64,000 nt of DNA from Candidatus Poribacteria bacterium (GTDB lineage: Bacteria > Poribacteria > WGA-4E > PCPOR2b): contig OZ244587.1 in the NCBI GenBank assembly GCA_965218095.1, positions 1,888,001-1,952,000 on the forward strand, in the 5' to 3' direction. Both the position numbers and the translations under genes were made by a program. Numbering within the stretch: the stretch's first letter is position 1; every line of letters begins with the position of its first letter. Below, one piece after another: positions 63,263-64,000 of the stretch. The notes under the pieces are model-generated. The model was not told where the DNA came from. It saw only the letters and a list, made by a program, of their open reading frames with translations, and did no database searches.

Positions 63263-64000
63263 ATGAATCACCGTTTGTTTTTCCGCTTTTTGTCCATCTT
63301 CTGCATCGTACTCGCCTTCGCATTCTTGGGGTGTGGCGACGATGATGATGACGATGACAATAATGATACAGATGGAATTACTCGAGTTGACCCAGATGGT
63401 GGCCCAGACATAGTGAGCGGCCCAAACATTCTTGAGGGAGAAATTATGGAAGACCTCACCCTCACAGCAGACCGTGAACACGTACTGCGGGGCGCCGTAT
63501 TTGTGAAAAATGGCGCCACACTCACGATTGAGCCGGGAACCACCATCTTTGGCGAAGGCGTCTCCAACGGCACGCCTATCGTTGCTCAGGGCGCCAAGAT
63601 TATCGCTGATGGAACCTCAGATCAGCCAATCGTTTTCACCAGCGATGCGCTCGACGGTTCATGAGGGCGTGGCCAATGGGGTGGGCTGATTATTAACGGT
63701 CGCGCTCCGACCAACCAGGGCGTCGCATTCGGCGAAGGGGATACGGGCACCTACGGTGGTAACGATCCCAACGACAACAGTGGAGTGCTTCGGTATGTCC
63801 GTGTCGAGTTCGCAGGCATTGAGTTTAGCCCTGACAACGAGTTAAACGGTATCGCTTTTCAAGGCGTCGGCGCCGGAACAACTGTCGATCACGTTCAGGT
63901 TCACTTCAACCAGGATGACGGAATCGAGATGTTTGGCGGGACGGTCAACATCAAGCACGCCCTCGTCACAGGCGCGCGGGACGATTCATTTGACTGGACG
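63263..64000 (+). pseudogene. TBDR-associated beta-helix lipoprotein with an in-frame TGA (63662-64); runs off the window
   Basis: FLGC lipobox; TLTIEPGT, PIVFTS; after TGA: GRGQWGGLIING, SGVLRYVRVEFAG, DDGIEMFGG. Confidence 0.85.

Noticed and set aside
60156-64000. Stop-codon reassignment (TAG/TGA readthrough) in the TBDR and lipoprotein
   Set aside because: All three stop types terminate intact genes here, and frameshifts are also common. The TGA at 63662 is not in a Cys motif. Simple nonsense mutation fits better.

Overview
A 64-kb bacterial chromosomal segment, most consistent with Ca. Poribacteria. That assignment is inferred from two secreted repeat proteins ending in the 'LLQNxPNPFNPETW.PY.L' C-terminal domain and from several PhyH-family dioxygenases. 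Housekeeping genes (cadA/zntA, DnaJ-like, ndk, an ABC exporter pair, dsbD, porX, pheA, Mrp/ApbC, an ECF sigma operon, coaD, tRNA-Thr and tRNA-Phe) are mixed with many IS elements (IS5, IS982, IS3, IS630, IS701, IS4/IS5-like), MITEs and pseudogenes, so the genome appears to be eroding. The best candidate for an undescribed system is a ~2-kb element (28095-30093). It has two paralogous DUF1670-like genes, no recognisable DDE/DEDD/Y/S recombinase, and IS1111-like asymmetric sub-terminal inverted repeats. Its non-coding 3' end carries a near-consensus promoter that would express a ~125-nt four-hairpin RNA. Other highlights: two UGA-readthrough selenoprotein candidates with SECIS-like hairpins, which the ORF track splits or truncates; a group II intron 5' half with a perfect EBS1-IBS1 match inside an IS701 transposase; an intact CHAD + ParA + VTC/CYTH-like operon inside a decaying Pho regulon with a duplicated Pho-box promoter; and a PorV-like barrel fused to a lytic transglycosylase. 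All family assignments come from motif recognition by eye; no database searches were run.
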